Source: an archaeon (GTDB lineage: Archaea > Iainarchaeota > Iainarchaeia > Iainarchaeales > JANQMZ01). Taken from it: DNA of 32,000 bases. The stretch lies in the NCBI GenBank assembly GCA_028279805.1, contig JANQMZ010000007.1, forward strand, positions 630,001 to 662,000, given 5' to 3'. This document shows positions 15,803-24,693 of the stretch, one piece after another. Within the stretch, counting starts at the first letter, position 1, and the number at the start of each line of letters is the position of its first letter. The notes beneath the pieces are model-generated. The model worked only from the letters and a program-made list of their open reading frames with translations. It was not told where the DNA came from and searched no databases. A program made the position numbers and the translations under genes.

Positions 15803-17413
15803 ATGGCTAAAGTTTTGTTTTTTCTGGCTTTAATTGTTTTTGTAAGCGGATGCACTTTTTCGCCTCAGGATTTGCTGGGTGAAACTCCGTCAACCAAAGA
15901 AAAAACGACTCTGCAGGCCTGCCTTGAAGGGGATGATCTGTTAAAAGATGACTGTATTTTTAATCTTGTAAAATCAGGGCAATCAACCGAGTTATGTGAA
16001 AATGTTTCAAATGAACAAATTGCCGGAAAATGTTTTGCTTTTTCTTTTCAGGGAATTCCCACAATTAACCAGTGTAAAAAATCTTCTTTAAGCAATGTTG
16101 CGGATTATTGTTATAAGGAAATTGCAATAATTTCTGATGATGCTCAGATTTGTGCCAACATTTCAAGCACAACCATTAACAGTTCCTGTGTTAACCTGTT
16201 TTTACAATCTGAAAAAACTATTAAATCATGCCAGCTTTTGCCAACTGATTCTGAAAAAACTGTTTGCTTAAAATCTTTGGCAAAACAAATAAAGTCTCAT
16301 GAACCCTGTGAAAGAATTGACGATGTTTCTGAAAAAAATTCCTGTTTTAATGAAATTGACAAAAAAGATTCTTTTTATTGTTCTTTTATAACTGGTTTGG
16401 AGCAAAAAGATTTGTGTTATTCTGAAAAAGCTGTTTTTTCAAAAAATATTGAATTATGCAAAAAAGTCGGCTTGAATGAAACAAAAGACAACTGTTTTTA
16501 TGATGTGGGCATTGCATCCCTTAAAGCGGATTACTGTGAATTAATTTCAGATGTTTCCTTGGAAAATGATTGCCGTGAAGAAGTTTCAGACAAAAAAAAA
16601 GGATTTGAAAAATGTTTTGTTTTGGGTGACAAAGATGACAAATTTGAATGTTATAAGGATTTGTCTGTTGACACTTTTAATGAAAAATATTGTTCTTACA
16701 TTTCCGCAATAACCCATTCTGATTTGAAAAATTCTTGCTATAATGAAACTGCTTCTGTTAAGAATGATTTTGAATTATGTTCAAATATTAAAAATGATTC
16801 AAATGCTTTAAATTCATGCATTTCAAATGTTGCAATAAATTTGCAGGATGAAAGCATTTGCAGTTCAAAAGTTAAAATTATTGAAAACAAGGATTTATGT
16901 TTTAAGGGAGTTGCTGAAAGCCTTTTGAATGACAGAATTTGTTTTAATATTAATGATGACAATTCACAGTCACAATGTGTTAAAAGTATTGCACTTGACT
17001 TAAACAATGAATCTGTCTGCAGCGGAGCAATTCTTGGTTCAGTGGAAGATAATTGTTTTCATAATATTGCTGTGCAAAAATCTGATTCTGATTTATGCAA
17101 CCAGATTACTTCCAGCATTAAAAAAAGAGATAAATGTTTCAAAAATTTTGCTTTTAAAAAGCTTGATACAAGAATTTGTGATAAAATAAGTTTTCCTGAA
17201 ACCGAGGGGCAATGTTATGAGCAAATAGGCTTTGAACTTGGAAACATTAATATTTGCACAGAAATAGAGGTTGGACCTTTAAATGAACCTGAAACATTTG
17301 AGTCAAGGGATTCCTGTTACAAGTTTTTGGCTGATGATACAGGCGATAAAGGGCATTGCGTTTCAATTTCCACTGAAGCAATTCAGGCGGATTGCAATGC
17401 TTTATTCACCTAA
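15803..17413 (+). CDS. Cysteine-rich tandem-repeat lipoprotein (predicted surface-exposed)
   Basis: Signal peptide with lipobox (LALIVFVSGC, Cys17 at 15851-15853). It is followed by 38 further cysteines in a regular C-x13-C-x11 pattern. Confidence 0.8.
   Translation: MAKVLFFLALIVFVSGCTFSPQDLLGETPSTKEKTTLQACLEGDDLLKDDCIFNLVKSGQSTELCENVSNEQIAGKCFAFSFQGIPTINQCKKSSLSNVADYCYKEIAIISDDAQICANISSTTINSSCVNLFLQSEKTIKSCQLLPTDSEKTVCLKSLAKQIKSHEPCERIDDVSEKNSCFNEIDKKDSFYCSFITGLEQKDLCYSEKAVFSKNIELCKKVGLNETKDNCFYDVGIASLKADYCELISDVSLENDCREEVSDKKKGFEKCFVLGDKDDKFECYKDLSVDTFNEKYCSYISAITHSDLKNSCYNETASVKNDFELCSNIKNDSNALNSCISNVAINLQDESICSSKVKIIENKDLCFKGVAESLLNDRICFNINDDNSQSQCVKSIALDLNNESVCSGAILGSVEDNCFHNIAVQKSDSDLCNQITSSIKKRDKCFKNFAFKKLDTRICDKISFPETEGQCYEQIGFELGNINICTEIEVGPLNEPETFESRDSCYKFLADDTGDKGHCVSISTEAIQADCNALFT
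15953..17395 (+). repeat. About 18 tandem protein-level repeats of ~26 aa (C-x13-C-x11) inside the lipoprotein gene
   Basis: Counted from the translation. From Cys51, the gaps between successive cysteines alternate 13 / 11 residues (11-14 overall) with a single exception of 19, through to Cys531. The recurring consensus is C[YF]..[IV]A....[DN]...C..I.......[DN]. Confidence 0.85.
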
Positions 17414-17468
17414 TTCAGCGGAAATGCACTCAAAAATGCTTTAAAAAGCCCATTTTCTATATTTTTGC

Positions 17469-18554
17469 ATGTTTTCATCCATAAATAATGCGGTTGAATC
17501 CATTCAAAAAACGGAGAATGCCAGAAAAAAGCTGATTTCCAAAATTCTGCCTTTAAAAAATCAAAAAATTTCAGGTTTTAAAGGAGAAATTTTTGAGGAA
17601 AAACTTGCATACCCGGTTGAAGCAACTGAATTAAATTATAATATTGCGGGCGTGGATTCAGGGTTTGTCGGAAAAAACTTGTTTTCATTGGACTTGTTTT
17701 TGGTCAGGTCTGCCGGTGTTATGTTTTCATATAAAAACAACAAACTTGTAAACGCAGCTTATTATCCTGGTTTTTTTTCTTTTCCAAATTTTGTTATAAC
17801 AGATTCTGTTGTTCGTGAAGAAGATTTTTCATGTTCAATGTCTTTGCACAGGTTGATGGAAGAAATATCTTTATCTAAAAGAATTATTCAAAAATTTAAA
17901 CCTGATTTTTTGTTTATTGACGGTTCAATTGTTCCCCAGCATATGGATAAGCCGCGTAAAGGTTCTAATATTAAAAATTTTTATTTTGAAATTATTGAAT
18001 TGTTTCAGGATTTGTATGAAACCGCTGAAAAAAATTCATGCCAGTTAATTGCATGCGTTGAAGATTCAAGAGGTTTAAGATTTAAATCAATTCTTGAAGA
18101 AATTTTGCAGAATTTTAATGGCAACACTCCAAAAGAACTTGAAAACACTTATGATGCAATTTTGCTTGACTATTTTTTAAAAGAATCTGAAAGAAGTTCC
18201 GCGTTTTCTTACACTTCGTCTGTACAGGAACATCCTGTATTAAAAGATTTTAATAAAAAATGGGCAGAACAAATTCATGTTTTTTATTTAAAGCCTTCAA
18301 ACTTTGACAGGCCTTTAAGAATTGAGTTTTTGCACAAAAAAGGCTCTTTAACAGAACAATCTCAAAAAATAGCATCCTTGGTTTATTCTTTATCATCTTT
18401 TCACAAAGAATATGCTTATCCCACTGTTTTAATTGAAGCTGATTTGAGGGCAAGACTGAAACCGGAGGAAATTAATATTGTGTATGACAAAATTTCCGAC
18501 AAACTGGGTTCAAGTTTTAATTTATTAATGAGAAGAGACAGGAGGCCTTTTTAA
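17469..18554 (+). CDS. nurA: NurA 5'-3' nuclease
   Basis: NurA-like motifs are present: IAGVDSGFV near the N-terminus, FLFIDGSIVP, and IACVEDSRG. The stop overlaps the herA start (TAATG), which is the usual nurA-herA pairing. Confidence 0.75.
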   Translation: MFSSINNAVESIQKTENARKKLISKILPLKNQKISGFKGEIFEEKLAYPVEATELNYNIAGVDSGFVGKNLFSLDLFLVRSAGVMFSYKNNKLVNAAYYPGFFSFPNFVITDSVVREEDFSCSMSLHRLMEEISLSKRIIQKFKPDFLFIDGSIVPQHMDKPRKGSNIKNFYFEIIELFQDLYETAEKNSCQLIACVEDSRGLRFKSILEEILQNFNGNTPKELENTYDAILLDYFLKESERSSAFSYTSSVQEHPVLKDFNKKWAEQIHVFYLKPSNFDRPLRIEFLHKKGSLTEQSQKIASLVYSLSSFHKEYAYPTVLIEADLRARLKPEEINIVYDKISDKLGSSFNLLMRRDRRPF

Positions 18555-20098
18555 TGAAAGAAATTGAAAACATTTTGGGAACAGTTGTTTCAACTCAAAC
18601 AGGGCCAAGCCCTGAAGAAATAGAATTTGTTGTAACATCAGGCAATGCTCACAGAGGGCAGTTTGTTGAAATGGATTATAAAGAAGGAACATTGGTTGGA
18701 TTAATAACCAATGTAATCAAAACAAACAGGTATTTTGAGCGTGCTGAAAGTGTTAAAGAGTTTGAAGCAAAAGGAGCTGCATTATTTGAACAGTTTCCCA
18801 CACAAGAATGGGAGTATTTGGTCGGAAATGTGCGCCCTTTAGGCGTTTTTAACCAGAATCTGATTAAAAGAGTTTCTTTTCCTCCGTCCCCCGGAACAAA
18901 AGTCAGGCATGCTTCATCTGAAAATCTGAAAAAATTTTTTAAATTTGATGAACAAAAAGGAATGCATTTGGGGCAAATTGAACACCACGATTTAAATGTT
19001 AATTTAAATTTAACAAAATTAATTCAAAAACATTTGGCAATTTTAGCAATGTCAGGTGCAGGAAAATCTTACACTGTTTCGGTTTTATTTGAAGAATTGT
19101 TAAAAAGAAAAGAAGAACAGGGCAGAATTGGTTTGGTGGTTTTTGACCCTCACGGCGAATACAGTTCTTTTGCAATTCCCCCAAAAGACAAAAAAAGCAG
19201 AGATTTTAGCGATAAAACAAAAATTATAAAAGCTCAAAACATTCAGATTTCCGTTCCACGCCTTTCAGCCGGAAATTTTGGCGCAATGATTCCTTCAATG
19301 AGTTCCGCACAGCAAAGATATTTGTCAAGAATTTTAAGAAAGCTTTACAGTGAAATAAACCAGGGTTCAGGTCCGTATGATTTAAACAAAGTTATTCAAA
19401 CAATTGCCCAGGATTCAACTATGAAAAAAAATGTAAGAGATGCATTATATGATAAGTTAAGCGAGTTAAACAATTTGGGAATTTTTTCAGAAATAGACAA
19501 TCCTACAATTGATGAAATGGTTAAACCGGGTCAATTAACAATAGTTGACATGTCTGACATTGTTAATATTAAAAAAAAGCAGATTATAATTAATTATTTT
19601 TCTCAAAAACTTTTCAATGAAAGGAGAAAAAAAACAATTCCTCCTTTTTTAATGGTTTTAGAAGAAGCTCATCAGTTTGTTCCGGAACATGCTCCGAAAG
19701 AAACAGCTTTGTGTAAAAGTGTTATCAGAAAAATTGCAAGAGAGGGAAGAAAGTTTGGCGCAGCATTATGTTTAATTTCACAAAGGCCGGTGCATCTGGA
19801 TACAACATCTTTATCCCAATGCAACACCCAGATAATTTTAAGAGTTACAAATCCGAATGATTTGAAACATATTGGGGAGAGTTCTGAGGGCATTGATTCA
19901 AGGTCTTTGAACATGATTACATCCTTGCAAGTCGGAGAAGCTTTAATGGTAGGAGAAGCTGTGTCCTATCCTATGTTTTTCAAAATACGCAAAAGAGAAT
20001 CTTTGCCATCAGTTCATGAAGTTCCGCTTGAACAGGCAGCCATTGATTTTGAAAAAAACAGCCAAAAAGAGACAGAAGAAACACTTCAATTCCTTTAA
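18554..20098 (+). CDS. herA: HerA DNA repair helicase (FtsK/HerA-type ATPase)
   Basis: N-terminal barrel domain (GTVVSTQTGPSPEEIEFVV), Walker A LAMSGAGKSYTV, Walker B LMVLEEAHQFVP, and REGRKFGAALCLISQRP. Confidence 0.9.
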   Translation: MKEIENILGTVVSTQTGPSPEEIEFVVTSGNAHRGQFVEMDYKEGTLVGLITNVIKTNRYFERAESVKEFEAKGAALFEQFPTQEWEYLVGNVRPLGVFNQNLIKRVSFPPSPGTKVRHASSENLKKFFKFDEQKGMHLGQIEHHDLNVNLNLTKLIQKHLAILAMSGAGKSYTVSVLFEELLKRKEEQGRIGLVVFDPHGEYSSFAIPPKDKKSRDFSDKTKIIKAQNIQISVPRLSAGNFGAMIPSMSSAQQRYLSRILRKLYSEINQGSGPYDLNKVIQTIAQDSTMKKNVRDALYDKLSELNNLGIFSEIDNPTIDEMVKPGQLTIVDMSDIVNIKKKQIIINYFSQKLFNERRKKTIPPFLMVLEEAHQFVPEHAPKETALCKSVIRKIAREGRKFGAALCLISQRPVHLDTTSLSQCNTQIILRVTNPNDLKHIGESSEGIDSRSLNMITSLQVGEALMVGEAVSYPMFFKIRKRESLPSVHEVPLEQAAIDFEKNSQKETEETLQFL

Positions 20099-20171
20099 CT
20101 TCAAAAAAGTTTCATTTTTATTCTTTTGCCTTCACAATATCTTTTTAACCCATTTTTTTGGTGTTTTTTTA

Positions 20172-20372
20172 ATGGTTCATCTGACTAGATTTGAAAGAAC
20201 AAGGCTTATCAGTGCCAGGGCTCTCCAGATTTCAGCCGGCGCGCCGCCCTTGATTAAAGTTTCAAAAAATATTGATTCCTATACTCTGGCAAAAAAAGAA
20301 TTTGGAAAAGAAATTCTGCCTTTAACTGTTTTGAGGAAGCTTCCAAGCGGAGAAGTTTTAAAGGTTCAATGA
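20172..20372 (+). CDS. rpoK: DNA-directed RNA polymerase subunit K (Rpo6)
   Basis: MVHLTRFERTRLISARALQISAGAPPLI...PLTVLRKLPSGE matches the Rpo6/RpoK core. The track ORF's upstream 52 codons overlap herA and are F/L-rich, so I take ATG 20172. Confidence 0.85.
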   Translation: MVHLTRFERTRLISARALQISAGAPPLIKVSKNIDSYTLAKKEFGKEILPLTVLRKLPSGEVLKVQ

Positions 20373-20384
20373 CCGGTGATTTTT

Positions 20385-20585
20385 TTGGGCAAAGCTATTC
20401 CTAAACTTGTTAAAACCCGGGGAAAACAACTGGTTGAACAGTTTCCTGAAAAATTCGGAACGGTTTATGAAGAAAACAAGCAGGAATTAATGAAAATGGG
20501 GTTTCCTTTTTCAAAAGTTGATTTGCATTTAATAGCTGCTTATATTACAAGGCTTGTTAAAAAACAAAAAGTTTCAGCTGTTTAA
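20385..20585 (+). CDS. rps17e: 30S ribosomal protein S17e
   Basis: MGKAIPKLVKTRGKQLVEQFPEKFGTVYEENKQELMKMG..SKVDLHLIAAYITRLVKK follows the S17e pattern (MG..R...VKR.A..L.E.Y...F...FE.NK........SK..RN.IAGY.T.L). The start is TTG 20385, which is GGTGA (20375-20379) + 5 nt. Confidence 0.8.
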   Translation: MGKAIPKLVKTRGKQLVEQFPEKFGTVYEENKQELMKMGFPFSKVDLHLIAAYITRLVKKQKVSAV

Positions 20586-22646
20586 ATTAACAGGTTTTGT
20601 TGTTCCCTCATCATTTTTTTCTCTTTTCATTTTATACAGGCTTGCAGATGAAGCTGATTCCAATTCTTTGTCATGTGTTATTAAAAAAACCTGGTCAACT
20701 ATTTTTGGAAGTTTTTCTCTTAACATTTCTGAAAGTTTTTTCACAGTATAAGAATCCAGGTTATGGGTTGGCTCGTCTAATATTAGCCATCCGATGTTTC
20801 TTGCCAGTACAAGTGAAAAAGCAATTCTTATTGCAATTGCAACAGCGCTTCTTTCTCCTCCAGACAAAACTCCTTCAATTTTAATCCATTCTCCTTTCAT
20901 ATTCTTAACTTTCATTTCATAGCTTCCTTCAACTATTTCTATTTTAGCGCTTGAAAAATCTTTATACGGGTAAACAAGTTTCCATATTTCATCCAGTGCC
21001 TGATTTGTTGTTTCAATCATTTGCGCTCTTAACTCGGATTGAACCTGTTTTAAGGCATTTACAAATATTGATAAATCTTCATGGTTTTTGTTAAAAAATT
21101 TCAAATCTTTTGCCTCTTCTTCTAATTGTTTTTGCTCTGATTTCATTATTTCAATTTTTTCTTTTATTTCTTTTTCAATTTCTTTTTTTAATTCAATATC
21201 TTTTTTTAAAGAATTTACCTGTTCTTTTTCCCTTTCAAACAATTTTGACAGGTTTTTTTCTTTTTCTTCATCAAATTCAAGCATTTTTAACTCTTTTTCT
21301 ATCCGCGTAAATTCTTTTTCTTCAGTGTTTAAGTTTTTTTTCAATTCTTTTATTTCTTTTTCTTTTTCAGCTGTTTTTTGAAACAAATTTTCTTGCTCAT
21401 TTAATTCTTTTTCAAGTTTTTCTTCTTCTGTTTCTAATTCTTCAAAAAATTCTTCATTTTTTTCAGCATTTATTTTTTCTTTTTTTGAAAATTCATTCAG
21501 TTCTTTAATTTTTTCAGAAATTGTTTCAACTTTTTCATTTTTTTGTGTTAAAATTTTTTTTCTTTTCACAGAATCAAGAGGCGATTCACAGACTGAACAC
21601 GTATGTTTTGCTTTGTTTAAATGTTTTAAAAATTCTTTTTCCTGTTTTGCAATTGTTTCATTTAAAACAATTTGCTTTTCCAATCCGATAACTTTTTTCT
21701 CAGACTCTTTAACCTTTTTTTGAACACTTTTTTTTTCTTTTAAAATTGTTTCAATTTTTTGATTAATTTTTTTTTGCTCTTTTTCCAAATTTTTTTCTTT
21801 CAATTCTTCAATTTCTTTTTGCATTGTTTTTATTTGCTTTTCTAACTGTTCTAAAACAGCTTTTTTTGCTGTTTTCATGTTTTTAAGTTTTTTGAATTTT
21901 TCTCCTTTTTCTGTTAATTGTGTTAATTCTTTTTCTGTTTTTGAAACATTTGCTTTTTTTTCTTCAACCTGTTTTGCAATTTCTTTTATGCTTTTTTCTG
22001 TTTTTTCAAGCCTTTCAATTGTTTCAATTATTTCTTTTTGATTTATTCTTTTTTCCAGGTCTTTTACAAATTTTTCTTTTTCTTCTGTTAATTTTTTTAA
22101 CACGTTTTTAACCGCAACTCCGTGTGAACGGGCTTTTTCATATTTTCCCAGGTCAAGCAATTCGTCAAATTTGTCTTTTCTTTGCATTGGGCTTAGTTTT
22201 AAAAAAAAATCAATCTGGTTTTGTTCTGAGTATACCGCTCTGGAAAAAAGTTCATAATTTAATTCAATTTCTTTTTCCAGCCTTTCGGTTACCTGGGTTA
22301 CTTGAGGGCCTGCTATTAATTTTTCTTTTTTGTATAATTTTGCCTGGTTTGTTTTTCCGTCTGAAAAAACCGTTCTTTCAATTTTATAATCATTGTTATT
22401 GTATTCAAAATCAAGTTCAACTTTTGCAAAATCCATTTGTGAGGGTTTTTGCATTATTATATTGTTTGATTTTGCTTCTCTTCTCTGAAGTTCGGGGAAT
22501 GTGCCGTATAATGCGTAACATATTCCATTCATCACACTTGTTTTTCCTGAACCCATTTTTCCGACAAGCACGTTTGTGCCTTTTTTGAATTCCAGTTCCG
22601 AATTTTTATGGGTTTTCCAGTTAACAAGTTTTATTTTTTTTATCAT
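20574..22646 (-). CDS. rad50: Rad50 DNA double-strand break repair ATPase (short coiled-coil form, 690 aa)
   Basis: Walker A VGKMGSGKTS at the N-terminus. Central zinc hook CSVC (aa 350-353, nt 21588-21599). Signature LSGGERSAVAIAIR and Walker B WLILDEPTHNLD at the C-terminus, with K/E-rich coiled coils in between. Confidence 0.9.
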   Translation of the reverse strand: MIKKIKLVNWKTHKNSELEFKKGTNVLVGKMGSGKTSVMNGICYALYGTFPELQRREAKSNNIIMQKPSQMDFAKVELDFEYNNNDYKIERTVFSDGKTNQAKLYKKEKLIAGPQVTQVTERLEKEIELNYELFSRAVYSEQNQIDFFLKLSPMQRKDKFDELLDLGKYEKARSHGVAVKNVLKKLTEEKEKFVKDLEKRINQKEIIETIERLEKTEKSIKEIAKQVEEKKANVSKTEKELTQLTEKGEKFKKLKNMKTAKKAVLEQLEKQIKTMQKEIEELKEKNLEKEQKKINQKIETILKEKKSVQKKVKESEKKVIGLEKQIVLNETIAKQEKEFLKHLNKAKHTCSVCESPLDSVKRKKILTQKNEKVETISEKIKELNEFSKKEKINAEKNEEFFEELETEEEKLEKELNEQENLFQKTAEKEKEIKELKKNLNTEEKEFTRIEKELKMLEFDEEKEKNLSKLFEREKEQVNSLKKDIELKKEIEKEIKEKIEIMKSEQKQLEEEAKDLKFFNKNHEDLSIFVNALKQVQSELRAQMIETTNQALDEIWKLVYPYKDFSSAKIEIVEGSYEMKVKNMKGEWIKIEGVLSGGERSAVAIAIRIAFSLVLARNIGWLILDEPTHNLDSYTVKKLSEMLREKLPKIVDQVFLITHDKELESASSASLYKMKREKNDEGTTKPVNLNS

Positions 22647-22688
22647 ATGAAAAAATTTGTTTAAAAAAATGATTAAAAGGTTTTAGAA

Positions 22689-22949
22689 TCAGAGCAAAGT
22701 GCTTGCTTCGACTTCAAACTGGCTTACTCCGTCAATGTTTTGAAGTTCTTGTTCCAGTTTGTCCATATTTCCCGCTTCTTTTTCGGGCAAGGCAACAGCT
22801 ATTCTGAAAACATTTAAACCAAAGGCAAGAGGTTCTTTTTTTATTTCCCTCAATTCCCCTGTTTTTAATTCTTTTAATTTTTTTTCAACTTCTTCCTGTT
22901 TTTCCACGTCATCCGGAAAAACTTTTATTATTACAAGAGTTTTGCCCAT
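22689..22949 (-). CDS. ef1b: Elongation factor 1-beta (aEF-1beta)
   Basis: 86 aa. VIIKVFPDD......EPLAFGLNVFRIAVALPEKEAGNMDKLEQELQNIDGVSQFEV fits aEF-1beta. The ATG is preceded by GGTGA + 4 nt. Confidence 0.88.
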   Translation of the reverse strand: MGKTLVIIKVFPDDVEKQEEVEKKLKELKTGELREIKKEPLAFGLNVFRIAVALPEKEAGNMDKLEQELQNIDGVSQFEVEASTLL

Positions 22950-22958
22950 TTTTTCACC

Positions 22959-23114
22959 TTAAGGCCCTGTAAAACCGCATTCTTTGCATGCGTATTGTTT
23001 TCCTGTTTCTTTGCAGTCAAGGCATCTTATTATTTTTGTTTTTTTACAATCAGGGCACTGGAATTCAATAAAATTGTTTGTAACTTCCTGGTTGCACGTA
23101 TCACATTTTTTCAT
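22959..23114 (-). CDS. Small double zinc-ribbon protein (51 aa, four CxxC), the Zn-ribbon partner usually encoded next to aEF-1beta in archaea
   Basis: I translated it by hand: MKKCDTCNQEVTNNFIEFQCPDCKKTKIIRCLDCKETGKQYACKECGFTGP. It lies 9 nt upstream of ef1b on the same strand. It is below the ORF-track size cut-off. Confidence 0.7.
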   Translation of the reverse strand: MKKCDTCNQEVTNNFIEFQCPDCKKTKIIRCLDCKETGKQYACKECGFTGP

Positions 23115-23206
23115 CAAAAATCACTTAAAAAGCCTGTTTAACTAATTCTATTGAACAACTTTTTTAAACCAAACGCTAAAAAGCTTTGGTTTTCAATTAA
23201 TCTTAA

Positions 23207-23278
23207 GGCCCTATAGCTTAATGGATAGAGCTTCCGGTTTCGGCCCGGATGATGGGGGTTCGATTCCCTCTAGGGCCT
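23207..23278 (+). tRNA. tRNA-Arg (anticodon UCG), no encoded CCA
   Basis: GGCCCTATAGCTTAATGGATAGAGCTTCCGGTTTCGGCCCGGATGATGGGGGTTCGATTCCCTCTAGGGCCT. The acceptor stem is 7 bp, the anticodon stem is TCCGG/CCGGA, and the loop is TTTCGGC. Confidence 0.9.
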
Positions 23279-23281
23279 TTT

Positions 23282-24631
23282 TTATTCAAAAAATTCTTTT
23301 TTTGCTTTTAAAAATCTGGAAAAAAATCTTGCAAATTCAATGTCTTTTTTGAACATTTTTTTCAATTGTTTTTTTTCCAAAACTTTTCCTTTTTTCAAAA
23401 CATTTTTTAACGGCTTTCTTTCCTTCCTTGATTCCGTTTCAAAAAAGTTTTTTAAAAAAGTTTTAGCCTGCCAAAACTTTCTTTTTCTTTCTCCGACCCA
23501 TTTTCCTTTTTCAATCCACGGCCCGGATACAAATTTTTTTCCTTTTTTAAACGCTTCTGAATGTTTTTTTTGAGTTATTTTGGGGCCGAAATGTTTTTTC
23601 ACTTTTTCCAATTCCAATGCGGTTAATTCAAAAACAAAAATTATTGTTTTCTGTTCATCTGTCCAGACATCAAAATAATTTGTTTCAAAATCGTTTAATT
23701 TAATCTGTTTTGCTGTTTTTTTTGAAAATCTTTTAATTTGCCCGTAAATAATATCTGTTAATGCTTTTTTTGGATATGAAATTTTCACGCCCAAAACATT
23801 TTTTAATTTTAAAAATTTGTTTAACTGTTTTAATGTTAAAGGTTTTCTTTTTTCCCTGAAGAAAAATTTTTCACTTGGTTTTTCCAGAAAAGCGTTTGCT
23901 GCCGCAATAATCCTGTTAAACTGGTGAAAACTTAAAGCAGCTGCCACGTTCCTGTTTTCATCTGTAGGATCTATTACAATTAAATGATGTGAAAATTTTT
24001 TTCCTTTTTTTGAATTAAATTTTATTATTTTTTCTTTTTTCCATTTTGAAATTTGTTTAATTGTTTTGTTAAAAGAACCGTATTTTATTATCAACAATTC
24101 TGTCAAATAACCCGGCACGGAATTAAATTTTAATTTGGCTCCGTAAGCGTCAATTCCTTTCAAAAAAGCTTTTAATAATCTTGTTTCATCTTTGTGTTTT
24201 GTTTTTTGATGTTTTTTCAGCCAAGCGTGATGCAAAGGGCTTCTGTCCACCGCCGATAATCTTTCAGAGGATTTTTTTACAACGTATCCCGGAACCACAT
24301 CAACTTCAAATCCTTTAAATGTTCCCCGGATGTATGGGTGTTCTGAAAATTTTTTTTCCCAGCTTCCTTTTTGAAAAACTTTTTTTCCGGCATTTAATCC
24401 TTCTTTTTCAAACTGTTTTCTTGAAATATTTAAAGGATATAAAACAAAGATATCAATGTCTTTATCTCCTTTCAGATGAGTGTTTCTTGCACTTGAACCA
24501 AGCCATTCTGCTTTGATGTGGCTGCCCGGCATTTGTTTTATTTTGGTGATGACTTCTTTTGCTGTTTTTTTTTCTGCTTCCAATTCTGTTTTTGTCGGCT
24601 TGATTTTTTTTAAAACTTTTTCCAAAAGCAT
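23282..24631 (-). CDS. cca: CCA-adding enzyme (archaeal class I tRNA nucleotidyltransferase)
   Basis: 449 aa with the N-terminal nucleotidyltransferase motif WLGSSARNTHLKGDKDIDIFVLYP and the archaeal CCA architecture. This is consistent with all four tRNA genes lacking an encoded CCA. Confidence 0.9.
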   Translation of the reverse strand: MLLEKVLKKIKPTKTELEAEKKTAKEVITKIKQMPGSHIKAEWLGSSARNTHLKGDKDIDIFVLYPLNISRKQFEKEGLNAGKKVFQKGSWEKKFSEHPYIRGTFKGFEVDVVPGYVVKKSSERLSAVDRSPLHHAWLKKHQKTKHKDETRLLKAFLKGIDAYGAKLKFNSVPGYLTELLIIKYGSFNKTIKQISKWKKEKIIKFNSKKGKKFSHHLIVIDPTDENRNVAAALSFHQFNRIIAAANAFLEKPSEKFFFREKRKPLTLKQLNKFLKLKNVLGVKISYPKKALTDIIYGQIKRFSKKTAKQIKLNDFETNYFDVWTDEQKTIIFVFELTALELEKVKKHFGPKITQKKHSEAFKKGKKFVSGPWIEKGKWVGERKRKFWQAKTFLKNFFETESRKERKPLKNVLKKGKVLEKKQLKKMFKKDIEFARFFSRFLKAKKEFFE

Positions 24632-24693
24632 AAGCGCACCAAAAGAGGAATATATTAAATATAGCCTTTGTTTTTATATCTTGAGGGTTTTGA

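Noticed and set aside
20016-20171. The 52-codon N-terminal extension of the rpoK ORF.
   Set aside because: It overlaps the herA 3' end and translates to an F/L/K-rich sequence unrelated to Rpo6. The conserved core starts at ATG 20172.
20597-22588. Several plus-strand ORFs (95-154 aa) antisense to rad50.
   Set aside because: Their products are F/L/S-rich and low-complexity. This is the mirror image of the K/E-rich coiled-coil codons (AAA/GAA read as TTT/TTC). They show no motifs, and rad50 is clearly real on the other strand.
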